From contig CAVOFT010000001.1 of assembly GCA_963695095.1 (NCBI GenBank), positions 2,496,001 to 2,560,000 on the forward strand: a stretch of 64,000 bases of DNA, given 5' to 3'. This stretch comes from an uncultured bacterium (lineage in GTDB: Bacteria > Krumholzibacteriota > Krumholzibacteriia > JACNKJ01). Below, in pieces: positions 41,971 through 51,261 of the stretch. Position 1 is the first letter of the stretch. Every line of letters begins with the position of its first letter. Below the pieces are notes generated by a model. It saw nothing but the letters and a program-made list of their open reading frames with translations, ran no database searches and had not been told where the DNA came from. A program made the translations under genes and the position numbers.

Positions 41971-42312
41971 TCAGGAAACGAAGCTCGCCAGAGCCTCTTC
42001 CTCGCTCTCGTAGCTCTCGAAGATGCCGGCCAGCTTGGTGACCATCAGGATCGACTCGATGCGGCCGGAGATGTTGGCCAGCTTGAACTGCCCACCGGCG
42101 TCCTGCACCGAGGTGTAGCCGGCGATCAGGATGCCCAAGCCCGTGCTGTTGATCCAGCTCACCTTGCCCAGGTTGACGAGGATCTGCTTCTTCCCCTGAC
42201 CGATGTGGTTCTTCACCAGCTCATGGAAGGTGTCGGCGTCCGGGCCGCCCATCACCTGACCGCTGATGTCGAAGACCACCACCTGCCCCGCCTCGCGCGT
42301 CTTGACCTTCAT
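41971..42312 (-). CDS. STAS-domain anti-sigma factor antagonist (RsbV-like)
   Basis: VNLGKVSWINSTGLGIL phosphoacceptor motif; EEEALASF end; ATGA overlap with rluD. Confidence 0.92.
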   Translation of the reverse strand: MKVKTREAGQVVVFDISGQVMGGPDADTFHELVKNHIGQGKKQILVNLGKVSWINSTGLGILIAGYTSVQDAGGQFKLANISGRIESILMVTKLAGIFESYESEEEALASFVS

Positions 42313-43316
42313 CCAGCCACTCCTTGTTCGTCTGGCGTCGGGCGCGCGCACCCCAGGAGCTCCAGGGCGGCGCGCATGTCGGGCGGCAGCGCGGCCGTGA
42401 AGACCTGCGGCTCGCCACTGAACGGGTGAACGAAGCTGAGCCGCCAGGCGTGCAAGGCCTGGCGGGCGAGCAAAGCCAGCAGCCTGCGCAATCGCTCGCG
42501 CTCGTCGCGGCTCTCCCCCTCGGCGCGGCCGCGCCGGCCGCCGTAGAGGGGATCGCCCAGCACCGGATGGCCGCCATGCGCCAAGTGGACCCGGATCTGG
42601 TGCGTGCGCCCCGTCTCAAGCTCCAAGCGAATATACTCGAAGCCCGCAAGACTGTCTATGCGCCAGTAGCGCGTGCGGGCCGGCCGGCCCCCCGCCGGCA
42701 GCACGGCCATTCGCTTGCGGTTGCGCGGGTCGCGGCCGATGGCCCCGCCCAGTTCGCCCGCGGCGGCCGGCAGCTGTCCCCAGACCAGCGCGAGGTACTC
42801 GCGCTTCACTTCCCGCGCCGCGATCATCGCCGTCAGCCGCCGATGCGCGCCATCGGTCTTGGCGACGAGCAGCAGGCCGCTGGTGTCCTTGTCCAGCCGG
42901 TGCACGATGCCCGGCCGCAGGCGATCGCCGATGCCGGCCAGGCCCTCGAGATGGTAGAGGAGCGCATGCACCAGCGTGCCCTCGCGGTGGCCGGGCGCCG
43001 GGTGCACGACGAGCCCGGCCGGCTTGTCGATCACCGCGAGATGCTCGTCCTGGTAGAGAAGCTTGAGGGGAATCGGCTCCGGGGCGAGGTCCAGGGGCAG
43101 CGGAGCCGGCAGGCGCAGGCAGAGGCGCTCGCCGCCCTTCAGGATCTCGCCTGGACGGCCGAGCCGGTCGCCCAGGCTGACGGCCCCTTCGCGCACCAGG
43201 CGCGCCAGGGCGCTGCGGCTGCGCTCGGGCACCGCGGCCGCCAGGAAGCGATCCAGGCGCTGGCCCGCCGCCGCCGCCGGGACCGTGAAGCGCCGCTCCT
43301 CGCCGCCGGCGCCCAT
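42309..43316 (-). CDS. rluD: RluA/RluD family 23S rRNA pseudouridine synthase with S4 domain
   Basis: RLDRFL..SRS S4, KPAGLVVHP, VHRLDKDTSG, LETGRTHQIRVH, GDPLYG, RQALHA. Confidence 0.9.
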   Translation of the reverse strand: MGAGGEERRFTVPAAAAGQRLDRFLAAAVPERSRSALARLVREGAVSLGDRLGRPGEILKGGERLCLRLPAPLPLDLAPEPIPLKLLYQDEHLAVIDKPAGLVVHPAPGHREGTLVHALLYHLEGLAGIGDRLRPGIVHRLDKDTSGLLLVAKTDGAHRRLTAMIAAREVKREYLALVWGQLPAAAGELGGAIGRDPRNRKRMAVLPAGGRPARTRYWRIDSLAGFEYIRLELETGRTHQIRVHLAHGGHPVLGDPLYGGRRGRAEGESRDERERLRRLLALLARQALHAWRLSFVHPFSGEPQVFTAALPPDMRAALELLGCARPTPDEQGVAG

Positions 43317-43323
43317 CGCGGCC

Positions 43324-43818
43324 CTAGCCGCCGTCGGCCGGCAGCGCCGCGACGGGCGGGTCGGTCCGCATCAGCGTGAAGACGATGAGCAGGGCGCCGA
43401 TGCTGATCGCCGCGTCCGCCACGTTGAAGACGTACCAGTGCCTGCCCGCCAGGCTGAGGTCGATGAAGTCGATGACCTGGCCGCTGCCGCGCAGGCGGTC
43501 GATGAGATTGCCCATCGCGCCGCCGAAGACGAGAGCCAGGGGCAGCACGAGCCGCGCGGGCTGGCCGCGGCCGAGCAGACCGAGAATGACGACGAGCGCC
43601 GCCAGCTTGATGGCGATGAAGGCTCCCCGCGCCCCCGCGAAGAGACCGAAGGCCGCCCCCGGGTTGTCCACCCGCGTGATGCGCAGCATGCCCCCCAGAT
43701 AGTGGGCCTGCCAGAGGCCGGCCGTCACCAGGTACTTGGTGAGCAGATCGGCGGCGAGCACCGCCAGGACGGCGGCCAGGAAGAGCCCCCAGTCGGTGCT
43801 AGGCCTTGTCGAGCTCAA
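43324..43818 (-). CDS. lspA: Lipoprotein signal peptidase II
   Basis: DLLTK, NPGAAFG, GGAMGNLIDR, VIDF, VFNVAD; start uncertain. Confidence 0.94.
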   Translation of the reverse strand: MSSTRPSTDWGLFLAAVLAVLAADLLTKYLVTAGLWQAHYLGGMLRITRVDNPGAAFGLFAGARGAFIAIKLAALVVILGLLGRGQPARLVLPLALVFGGAMGNLIDRLRGSGQVIDFIDLSLAGRHWYVFNVADAAISIGALLIVFTLMRTDPPVAALPADGG

Positions 43819-46800
43819 CCGTCACCTCCTCGTCGCCGAGCTGGTAGCTCTCGCGGTGGCCGCCGCCGCTAAGGCCCTCGGCGACGGAAAGGGCCAGCAG
43901 GTCCTCGGCCAGGCGCTCGCCGTGCTCAGCGAGCGTGGCGCGCGTCAGCTCCCCGCCGGCCCAGCGCAGGTGGATGCGGTCGGAAACCACGAGCCCGGCG
44001 CTCTTGCGCAGGTTCTGCAGGCGGTTGATCAGCTCGCGCAGGTGGCCCTCCCGGGCCAGCGCGGGGTCGATCGTGAGGGCGAGCGCGCCGGCCAGGGGCC
44101 CCTCCATGCCGACGGCGAAGTCCCCCAGCGGCTCGACGAGAAAGTCCAGCTCCTCGCGGGCGAGCGTGAAGCCCTGGCCCTGGGCGCTGACCGTCAGGTT
44201 CCCCTCGCGGTAGCCGGCGAGCACCGCCGCGGGCGGCAGGGCCGCCAGCGCCGCGGCAACGGCCTTCATCGCCCCACCCAGGCGCGGCCCGAGCACCTTG
44301 AAGCGCGGCTTGACGACGAAGCGCATGCGCTCGCCCGGGTCGGCGAGCAGGGACACCGCCTTGACGTTCAGCTCGTCGAGAATCAAGTCCTCGAGCTGCG
44401 GATCGGCCAGCACGCGCTCGAGCCCGGCACCGCCGCCCGCGACGGCGAAGCTCGCCAGGGGCTGCCGCGTGCGCTGCCCCGAGAGGTTGCGCAGGGTGCG
44501 GCCCAGGCCCACCACGGCGAGCACGCTGGCCATCGCCTCCTCGAGCGCCGGGTCCCGCCGCTCGCTCTGCGCGCGCGGGAAGGCCGCCAGGTGCACGCTC
44601 GCCGGCTCATCGCCCCCCAGCTCCAGCCCGTGGAGGCCGCGGTAGATCGCCTCGCTGAGGAAGGGCACGAAGGGCGCAGCCAGGCGGCTGACGCCCTCGA
44701 GCACTCCCCAGAGCGTCTCGTAAGCGCCCGCCTTGTCGGCCGTCATCGCGCCCTTCCAGAAGCGGCGGCGGCTGCGGCGCACGTACCAGTTGCTCAGCTC
44801 CTCGTTGACGAACTCGCAGAGCGCCTTGGCGGCGCGCGTCAGATCGAGGGCGTCGAGGGCCGCCCGCATCTCGGCGACCAGGGCCTCGTAGCGCGAGCGC
44901 AGCCAGCGGTCGAGCAGGTTGAAGGCCGGCTCGCTGCTGCCCGGGGTCCAGCCGTCGAGCGTCGCGTAGCCCGTCAGGAAGGCGTAGGTGTTGCGCAGGG
45001 TGCCCAGCGTCTTCGCGTTCATCTCGCGCGGGCCGCCGGTGTCGAACTTGAGCGCCGTCCACAGGGGCCCGGCCGTGACCATGTACAGGCGGATGGCGTC
45101 CGCCCCCTCGCTGTCGAGCAGAGCGAAGGGATCGACGCGATTGCCGAGGGACTTGCTCATCTTCTTGCCCTGCAGGTCCACCACGTGGCCGCTGACCAGC
45201 ACGCGCTTGTAGGGCGCCTGGCCGCGCAGGAAGACGCCGAGGGCCAGCAGGCTGTAGAACCAGCCGCGCGACTGGTCGACGGCCTCGCAGATGAAGTCCG
45301 CCGGGAACTGGCCCTCGAAGCGCTCCTTGTTCTCGAAAGGATAGTGCCACTGGGCATAGGGCATGGCCCCCGAATCGAACCAGGCGTCGATGACGTCGGG
45401 CACGCGGCGCAGGCGGACGCCGGTCTCGGGGTGGATGAGCTCGATGTCGTCCACGAAGGGCTTGTGGGGATCGATGCGCTCCGGTAGTGGCTCCGCCGCC
45501 AGCGCGCGCAGCTCGGCGAAGCTGCCCACGCAGAGGCTCTGCCGGCCGTCCTCGCTCTGCCAGACGGGCAAGGGCGTGCCCCAGTAGCGGCTGCGCGAGA
45601 GCGCCCAGTCGATGTTGCCCTTGAGCCAGTCGCCGAAGCGCTTCTCGCCCATCTCGGGCGGCACCCAGTCGACGGCGGCGTTGGCGGCCAGGAAGCGATC
45701 GCGCAGCGCCGTGGTGCGGATGAACCAGGCCGGCTGCGCATAGTAGATGAGCGGCCCGTGGTCGCGCCAGCAGTGCGGGTAGCTGTGCCGCACCGTGGCG
45801 CGGGCGAAGACCAGGCCGCGCGCCGTCAGGTCCTTGATGATGGGCGGGTCGGCGGCCTTGAAGTCGAGGCCGGCGAAGGGCGTCGCGGCCGGGCGCACCT
45901 TGCCGTCGGGGCCGACGAGGTCGATCATCGCGAGCTTGTGCACGCGGGCGGCCTCGTAGTCGTCGGCGCCGTAGGCCGGGGCGATGTGCACGAGGCCCGT
46001 GCCGTCCTCGGCGCTGACGAACTCCGCGAGGATCACCTGGGCGATCACCGTGCCCGGCGCCGCGGGCGCATGGTCGTAGAGGCGCTGGTAGCGCCAGCCG
46101 GCCATCTCGGCGCCCTTCATGCGCCACAGCTCGTAGGCGGGACGATCGCCGATCACGGCGGCCACGCGGTCGGCGGCCAGGATCACCGACTCCGCCTCGG
46201 CCCTGTCGGTGCCGGCCAGGCGCAGCTTGACGTAGGTCAGCTCCGGGTGCACGGCGACGGCCACGTTGGACAGCAGGGTCCAGGGCGTCGTCGTCCAGAC
46301 GAGCAAGCTGCCGTCCTCGTGCTCGAGCGGGAAGCGCAGGGTGAGCGAGGGATCCTCGACCTCGGCGTAGCCCTGGGCCACCTCATGGCTCGAGTACACG
46401 GTGCCCAGGCGCGGATTGTAGGGCATCACCTTGTGCCCGCTATAGATGAGCCCCGCATCCCAGAGCTGCTTGAGCGCCCACCAGACGGACTCCACGTACT
46501 CGTCGCTGCAGGTGATGTAGGGCTCATCGAGATCCAGCCAGTAGCCGATGCGCCGGGTCAGCTCTCGCCACTCGCGCTCGTAGCGGAAGACGCTCTCGCG
46601 GCAGGCCGCATTGAAGGCCTCGATGCCGTAGGCCTCGATGTCGGCCTTGGTCGAGAGGCCGAGCGCCTTCTGCACCTCGAGCTCGACGGCGAGCCCGTGC
46701 GTGTCCCAGCCCGCCTTGCGCAGGACGAAGTGGCCGTCCATCGCCTTGTAGCGGCAGACGGCGTCCTTCGCCAGGCGCGTGATGATGTGGTGCACGCCCG

Positions 46801-46984
46801 GATGGCCGTTGGCCGTCGGCGGCCCCTCGTAGAAGATGAAGTGCGGCTTCGCCTGCTCTTCGGCCTGGCTCTGGGTGCGCGCGAAGAGCTGGGCCGCCTC
46901 CCAGTAGGCGCTCACCGCGCGCTCGAGGTCGGCGGGGGCCTTGGCCAGCACCGGATAGCGCGGACGGGTACCTTGCTCGCTCAT
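43799..46984 (-). CDS. ileS: Isoleucine--tRNA ligase (type 2-like)
   Basis: EGPPTANGHPGVHH, GWDTHGL, WTTTPWTL, GTGLVH.AP, DWALSRSRYWGTP, EAVDQSRGWFYSL, KMSKS, SNWYVRRSRRRFW. Confidence 0.97.
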   Translation of the reverse strand: MSEQGTRPRYPVLAKAPADLERAVSAYWEAAQLFARTQSQAEEQAKPHFIFYEGPPTANGHPGVHHIITRLAKDAVCRYKAMDGHFVLRKAGWDTHGLAVELEVQKALGLSTKADIEAYGIEAFNAACRESVFRYEREWRELTRRIGYWLDLDEPYITCSDEYVESVWWALKQLWDAGLIYSGHKVMPYNPRLGTVYSSHEVAQGYAEVEDPSLTLRFPLEHEDGSLLVWTTTPWTLLSNVAVAVHPELTYVKLRLAGTDRAEAESVILAADRVAAVIGDRPAYELWRMKGAEMAGWRYQRLYDHAPAAPGTVIAQVILAEFVSAEDGTGLVHIAPAYGADDYEAARVHKLAMIDLVGPDGKVRPAATPFAGLDFKAADPPIIKDLTARGLVFARATVRHSYPHCWRDHGPLIYYAQPAWFIRTTALRDRFLAANAAVDWVPPEMGEKRFGDWLKGNIDWALSRSRYWGTPLPVWQSEDGRQSLCVGSFAELRALAAEPLPERIDPHKPFVDDIELIHPETGVRLRRVPDVIDAWFDSGAMPYAQWHYPFENKERFEGQFPADFICEAVDQSRGWFYSLLALGVFLRGQAPYKRVLVSGHVVDLQGKKMSKSLGNRVDPFALLDSEGADAIRLYMVTAGPLWTALKFDTGGPREMNAKTLGTLRNTYAFLTGYATLDGWTPGSSEPAFNLLDRWLRSRYEALVAEMRAALDALDLTRAAKALCEFVNEELSNWYVRRSRRRFWKGAMTADKAGAYETLWGVLEGVSRLAAPFVPFLSEAIYRGLHGLELGGDEPASVHLAAFPRAQSERRDPALEEAMASVLAVVGLGRTLRNLSGQRTRQPLASFAVAGGGAGLERVLADPQLEDLILDELNVKAVSLLADPGERMRFVVKPRFKVLGPRLGGAMKAVAAALAALPPAAVLAGYREGNLTVSAQGQGFTLAREELDFLVEPLGDFAVGMEGPLAGALALTIDPALAREGHLRELINRLQNLRKSAGLVVSDRIHLRWAGGELTRATLAEHGERLAEDLLALSVAEGLSGGGHRESYQLGDEEVTVELDKA

Positions 46985-47826
46985 GGGTCCATTCCTTGGG
47001 ATCGGGGCAAGCGCTCGAGAAAGGCCATGATGAGCGCCTCGAGCTGGGGCCGCGCGGCGCCCGCAGCGGCGAGGATGGCCGGCACGTCCACCGGCTCCAG
47101 CGCCTCGGGGTCGCAGAGGTCCGTCACCACGGCCAGGCCCAGCACGCGCATGCCCATGTGCACGGCGGCCAGGGTCTCGGGCACCATGCTCATGCCGACG
47201 AGATCGGCGCCGATCCGCCGCAGGAAGCGGTACTCGGCCGCCGTCTCCAGGTTGGGCCCCGCCACCGCGGCCAGCACGCCTTCGCTCAGGGGGATGCCGA
47301 GGCCGGTCGCCGCCTCGGCGGCGAGCCGCCGCCAGGCCGGCGTGTAGGGCGCCGAGAAATCGGGAAAGCGCGGGCCGAGGCGCTCGTCGTTGGGGCCGAT
47401 GAGGGGGTTGTCCCCCATCAGGTTGATGTGGTCGCTGACGGCCACGATCGCCGAGCGCGCCAGATCCGGCGCCAGGCCCCCCACCGCGCTGGTGACGACG
47501 AGCCCCCGAGCGCCCAGCAGGCGCAGGGTGCGCAAGGGGTGCACCACCTGGCCCATGCTGTGGCCCTCATAGTAGTGCAAGCGTCCGGCGAGGACGGCCA
47601 GGCGCAGACCGGCGAGGCGCCCGAAAGTCAGGGTGCCGGCATGGAAATCCACGGTGGAGGCCGCGAAGCCCGGGACCTCGGCGAAGGGGATGCTGAAGCC
47701 GCCTTCCAGGCGCTCCGTTAGGCCGTCGAGCCCCGAGCCCAGGATGACGACCAGCTCGGGATCGGGCGCGCCGGCCCGCCGCAGGAAGTCGGCGGAGGCC
47801 TGGAGGGAGACGTACAGATCGCTCAT
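46981..47826 (-). CDS. Purine-nucleoside phosphorylase (trimeric family)
   Basis: ILGSGL, GRLHYYEG, DHINL..NPLIGPN, GPRFPD, GPNLETAAE, VGMS..PE. Confidence 0.93.
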   Translation of the reverse strand: MSDLYVSLQASADFLRRAGAPDPELVVILGSGLDGLTERLEGGFSIPFAEVPGFAASTVDFHAGTLTFGRLAGLRLAVLAGRLHYYEGHSMGQVVHPLRTLRLLGARGLVVTSAVGGLAPDLARSAIVAVSDHINLMGDNPLIGPNDERLGPRFPDFSAPYTPAWRRLAAEAATGLGIPLSEGVLAAVAGPNLETAAEYRFLRRIGADLVGMSMVPETLAAVHMGMRVLGLAVVTDLCDPEALEPVDVPAILAAAGAARPQLEALIMAFLERLPRSQGMDP

Positions 47827-47939
47827 GTCGCGCTCGTGTTCGGGGCGTGGGGTTGGGTCCGCTGCCGGGAGGCGCTCGGGAGCGCGGCCGCCGCGGTGGC
47901 CGACTAAGGCCCGGAATCTAGACCACTTGGCGGGTGGAT

Positions 47940-48659
47940 TCAAGCATCCATCGGGCCGAAGAGGGCCCGGCCGATGCGCAGCAGCGTGGCCCCCTCTTCG
48001 ATGGCGATCTCGAAGTCCCCGCTCATGCCCATCGACAGCTCCCCCAGCGGCAGCCGGGGCAGGTCGCGCGCCACGAGGCGCGCCCGCAGCGCTGCGAGCA
48101 TGCGAAAGCTCTCGCGGGCGCCGGCCTCGCCGCCGGCCAGGGGCGCCATCGTCATCAGCCCGCGCACGAGCAGGCCGTCCAGGCTCCCCAGGGAGAGGAC
48201 GAAGTCCTCGGCCGGCGCCAGGGCCAGGCCCGACTTGCTGGCCTCGCCCGAGCAGTTCACCTGTACCAGCACCTGGCAGACCAGCTCGCGCGCGCGCGCC
48301 TTCTCGGCCAGGCGCTGGGCGAGCTCCCAGCTGTCGACGGAGTGGATCAGGTCGAAGCGGCCGAGCACCTTGTTCACCTTGTTGCTCTGCAGGTGGCCGA
48401 CGAGGTGCCAGACGACGTCGGCGGGCAAGGCCTCCAGCTTGGGCAGGGCGTCCTGCACGCGGTTCTCGCCGAACTCGCGCAGGCCGGCCGCGTAGGCGGC
48501 CTCGAGCTGCGCCGGCGTGGCGCTCTTCGTGACGGCGACGAGACGCAGGCCGGCCGGATCCCGCCCCGCGCGGGCGGCGGCCGCCGCGATGCGCGCGCGC
48601 AGGCGGGCCAGGCGCGCGGCCAGCTCCTCGCCGGGAGACGCCTCGCGGGCCTCGCTCAC
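47940..48659 (-). CDS. yggS: PLP homeostasis protein (YggS/PROSC)
   Basis: LVAVTK, FGENRVQ, WHLVGHLQSNK, IHSVDS, KSG, GLMTM, LSMGMSGDF..AIEEGAT..RIG. Confidence 0.95.
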   Translation of the reverse strand: MSEAREASPGEELAARLARLRARIAAAAARAGRDPAGLRLVAVTKSATPAQLEAAYAAGLREFGENRVQDALPKLEALPADVVWHLVGHLQSNKVNKVLGRFDLIHSVDSWELAQRLAEKARARELVCQVLVQVNCSGEASKSGLALAPAEDFVLSLGSLDGLLVRGLMTMAPLAGGEAGARESFRMLAALRARLVARDLPRLPLGELSMGMSGDFEIAIEEGATLLRIGRALFGPMDA

Positions 48660-49249
48660 GGCTCGACCGGGACCGGCGCCGGTTGCTCGAAGCAGTCGCG
48701 GCAGCGCGGCTCGTAGGCCTCCCCGGCCCCGACCAGCACCCGGCCGGCGCCGGCCGCGATGCGCTGGCTGTGCGAGGCGGGCGCGCCGCAGACCAGGCAG
48801 ACGGCGTGCGTCTTGGTGACCTCCTCCGCCACGGCCATCAGCTGGGGGATGGGCTCGAAGGGTTCGCCGCGATAGTCCATGTCCAGGCCGGCGATGATCA
48901 CGCGCTTGCCCCGGCGCGCCAGCTCGACGGCGAGGGGCACCAGCTCGAGGCCGAGGAACTGGGCCTCGTCGATGCCGATCACCTGGGTTTCCGGCGCGAG
49001 GGCGCGGCGCAGGGCGGCCACGTCGGCCACGGGCGTCGAGGCGACGCGGCGCTCATCGTGGGAGACGATGGCGTCGGCGTCGTAGCGATCGTCGAGGCTG
49101 GGCTTGAAGGCCTGCACCGCCTGGCGGGCGATGGCCGCCCGCCGCAGGCGGCGGATCAGCTCCTCGGACTTGCCGCTGAACATGCCGCCGGCGATGACCT
49201 CGATCCAGCCGGCGTGAAGCGAGCGCAAGCGGGGATGGGCAGGATTCAT
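48656..49249 (-). CDS. tdk: Thymidine kinase
   Basis: GGMFSGKSEEL, IDEAQF, AGLDMDYRGEPF, CLVC, YEPRCRDC; GGAGG RBS before ATG 49249. Confidence 0.96.
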   Translation of the reverse strand: MNPAHPRLRSLHAGWIEVIAGGMFSGKSEELIRRLRRAAIARQAVQAFKPSLDDRYDADAIVSHDERRVASTPVADVAALRRALAPETQVIGIDEAQFLGLELVPLAVELARRGKRVIIAGLDMDYRGEPFEPIPQLMAVAEEVTKTHAVCLVCGAPASHSQRIAAGAGRVLVGAGEAYEPRCRDCFEQPAPVPVEP

Positions 49250-49437
49250 CGGCACCTCCGTCACCAGCACTAGCACCGGCGCGGCGGGGATGCAAGGGGC
49301 GGCGGGGGGCCGCAGCCCAGCCTGTTCGCGCCCCCCCGGCATTGCGCTCGCGCCCGCGAGGCCCCATTCTGGAGGAGTCGCCGCCGGCCGCCCTCGGCCC
49401 GCGGGCGCAGCCCGTCCCTTCCACGCTGGAGATGCTC

Positions 49438-51096
49438 ATGTTGCCTCGCTTCGCCGCCGCCTGCCTCGTCCTCGCCTCCCTCGCCGCCGCTCGGCCCGCC
49501 GCCGCGGATGACCCGCCCGAGGAGTACTACGACCTCTACCAGGGGGGCCGCGGTTTCGGCACGGAGCAGTTCCGCACGGAGACGCGCGGGGACACCCTCG
49601 AGCTGCTCGGCACCCTGATCCTGAAGAGTCCGGCCCCGCGCCGCTTCGAGTCGCGCACCCGCCTCGTCGGCGCCGATGAGCGGGTCCTCGACTACCTGCT
49701 CGCCTCCACCGAGGGCGACAGCATCGGCCTCCGCGCCGAGGCCGACTCCCTGCGCCTCTTCGTGGTGAGCGGCGGCTCTCGCCGCGAGAACGCCTTCGCC
49801 CACGATGGGCGCCGGCTGCAGGTGCTGGACAACGTCGTGCCCTCGCACCTGTGGCTGCTGGCGCGCCAGCTCGCGCGCGACCCGGAGGCGGCCGCGCCGC
49901 TCACCGTTGCGGTGCCGCAGCAGCTCTGGACGGGCGAGCTCGAGCGCGAGGCCCCCACGCCGACGACCGGCGAGCTCGACGGCGAGCCGATCGCGGTCCA
50001 GCGGCACCGCGTCACCCTTGCCGGCGTGCTCATGTTCATGGACATCGACGCCCAGGGGCGGCTGCTCGGCCTCAGCGTGCCCATCCAGAAGTTCGGCTTG
50101 CGCCGGCCGGGCTTCGTCGGCGCTCCCCTGAGCGCTCCGGCCGACTCGACGCGCCCGGTCTTCCCGACCGAGGCCCTGAGCATCGAGGGCGGCGGCCCGC
50201 CCCTGCCGGCGCAGCTCACCCTGCCCGCCGCCGCGGGCGGCCCCTGGCCGGCCTGCGTCTTCCTGCACGGCTCCGGCCCGGTGGACATGGACATGACCAT
50301 CGGGCCCAATCGCATCTTCGCCCAGCTGGCCGCCGGCCTGGCCGAACGCGGCATCGCCAGCCTGCGCTACGACAAGCGCACCTACGTCATCAGCCAGGGC
50401 CGGCCGGAGTACCGGCACTTCGGCGCGGAGATCGTCACCGTGCAGGAGGAGGTGCTCGACGATGCACTCGCCGCCTGGCAGCTCCTGGCCGGCGACGCCC
50501 GTCTCGATCCCCGGCGGCTCTTCATCCTCGGTCACAGCCTGGGCGCAGGCGCAGCTCCGATCCTGGCCGAGCAGATCGACGAGGCGAGCGCCCCGCGGCC
50601 GGCCGGCCTGCTCCTGCTCGCCCCGCCGGGGCGGGACCTGCTGAGCATCATCCTCGACCAGCACCGCTACCTGAACGCCCAGGGCGCGCTGGGCGCCGTG
50701 CAGCTGGCGGAGGCCGAGAAGCAGGCCCAGCGCCTGCGCGAAGGCAGCGTGGGCGAGGACGAGACCGTGTTCTTCGCCACGCCCAGGTACTGGGCCTCGG
50801 TGAACGACTGGCAGTCCTGGCGGGTCTATGCCGAGCAGACGGCGCCGGCCCTCGTCCTGTTCGGCGAGCGCGACTACCAGATCACGGCTCCGGATCGGGC
50901 CACCTGGCAGGCTAGCCTGGACGCGACGCCGCGGGAGGGCGCAGCGCTCGCGCTGCTGCCGGGGCTCAACCACCTCTTCCTGCGCGGGGAGGGCCCGCCC
51001 GGCCCGGCCGAGTTCGGCCTGCCCGGCGAGCTGGAGCCGGCCTTCCTGGACCGGCTCGCCGACTGGATCCGGCAGACGGCGCCGGCCGCCGACTAG
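49438..51096 (+). CDS. Secreted alpha/beta hydrolase with N-terminal beta-rich domain
   Basis: Signal peptide ending PAAA; HGSGPVDMD, LRYDKR, GHSLG nucleophile elbow, GERDYQI, LNHLF. Confidence 0.88.
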   Translation: MLPRFAAACLVLASLAAARPAAADDPPEEYYDLYQGGRGFGTEQFRTETRGDTLELLGTLILKSPAPRRFESRTRLVGADERVLDYLLASTEGDSIGLRAEADSLRLFVVSGGSRRENAFAHDGRRLQVLDNVVPSHLWLLARQLARDPEAAAPLTVAVPQQLWTGELEREAPTPTTGELDGEPIAVQRHRVTLAGVLMFMDIDAQGRLLGLSVPIQKFGLRRPGFVGAPLSAPADSTRPVFPTEALSIEGGGPPLPAQLTLPAAAGGPWPACVFLHGSGPVDMDMTIGPNRIFAQLAAGLAERGIASLRYDKRTYVISQGRPEYRHFGAEIVTVQEEVLDDALAAWQLLAGDARLDPRRLFILGHSLGAGAAPILAEQIDEASAPRPAGLLLLAPPGRDLLSIILDQHRYLNAQGALGAVQLAEAEKQAQRLREGSVGEDETVFFATPRYWASVNDWQSWRVYAEQTAPALVLFGERDYQITAPDRATWQASLDATPREGAALALLPGLNHLFLRGEGPPGPAEFGLPGELEPAFLDRLADWIRQTAPAAD

Positions 51097-51113
51097 AAAA
51101 GCGGCCGCGGCCC

Positions 51114-51142
51114 TGGACAAGCTGGACGCAAGCGCCTATTCT
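51114..51142 (+). promoter_or_regulatory. Putative sigma-70 promoter for rplC
   Basis: TGGACA, 17 nt, TATTCT. Confidence 0.5.
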
Positions 51143-51144
51143 GT

Positions 51145-51171
51145 AGCGGCTTCCGATCGGGAGCCGCTTTT
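51145..51171 (+). terminator. Terminator-like hairpin between the hydrolase gene and rplC
   Basis: AGCGGCTTCC-GATC-GGGAGCCGCT followed by TTT. Confidence 0.55.
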
Positions 51172-51261
51172 CACTGTCAGCTCGCCGCCGCCCCTGGGGC
51201 CGGACGCGGGCGCAACCCGCTGCGGTCGTCTCAGCCGCATGGTTGTCACGAGGAGGTACCG

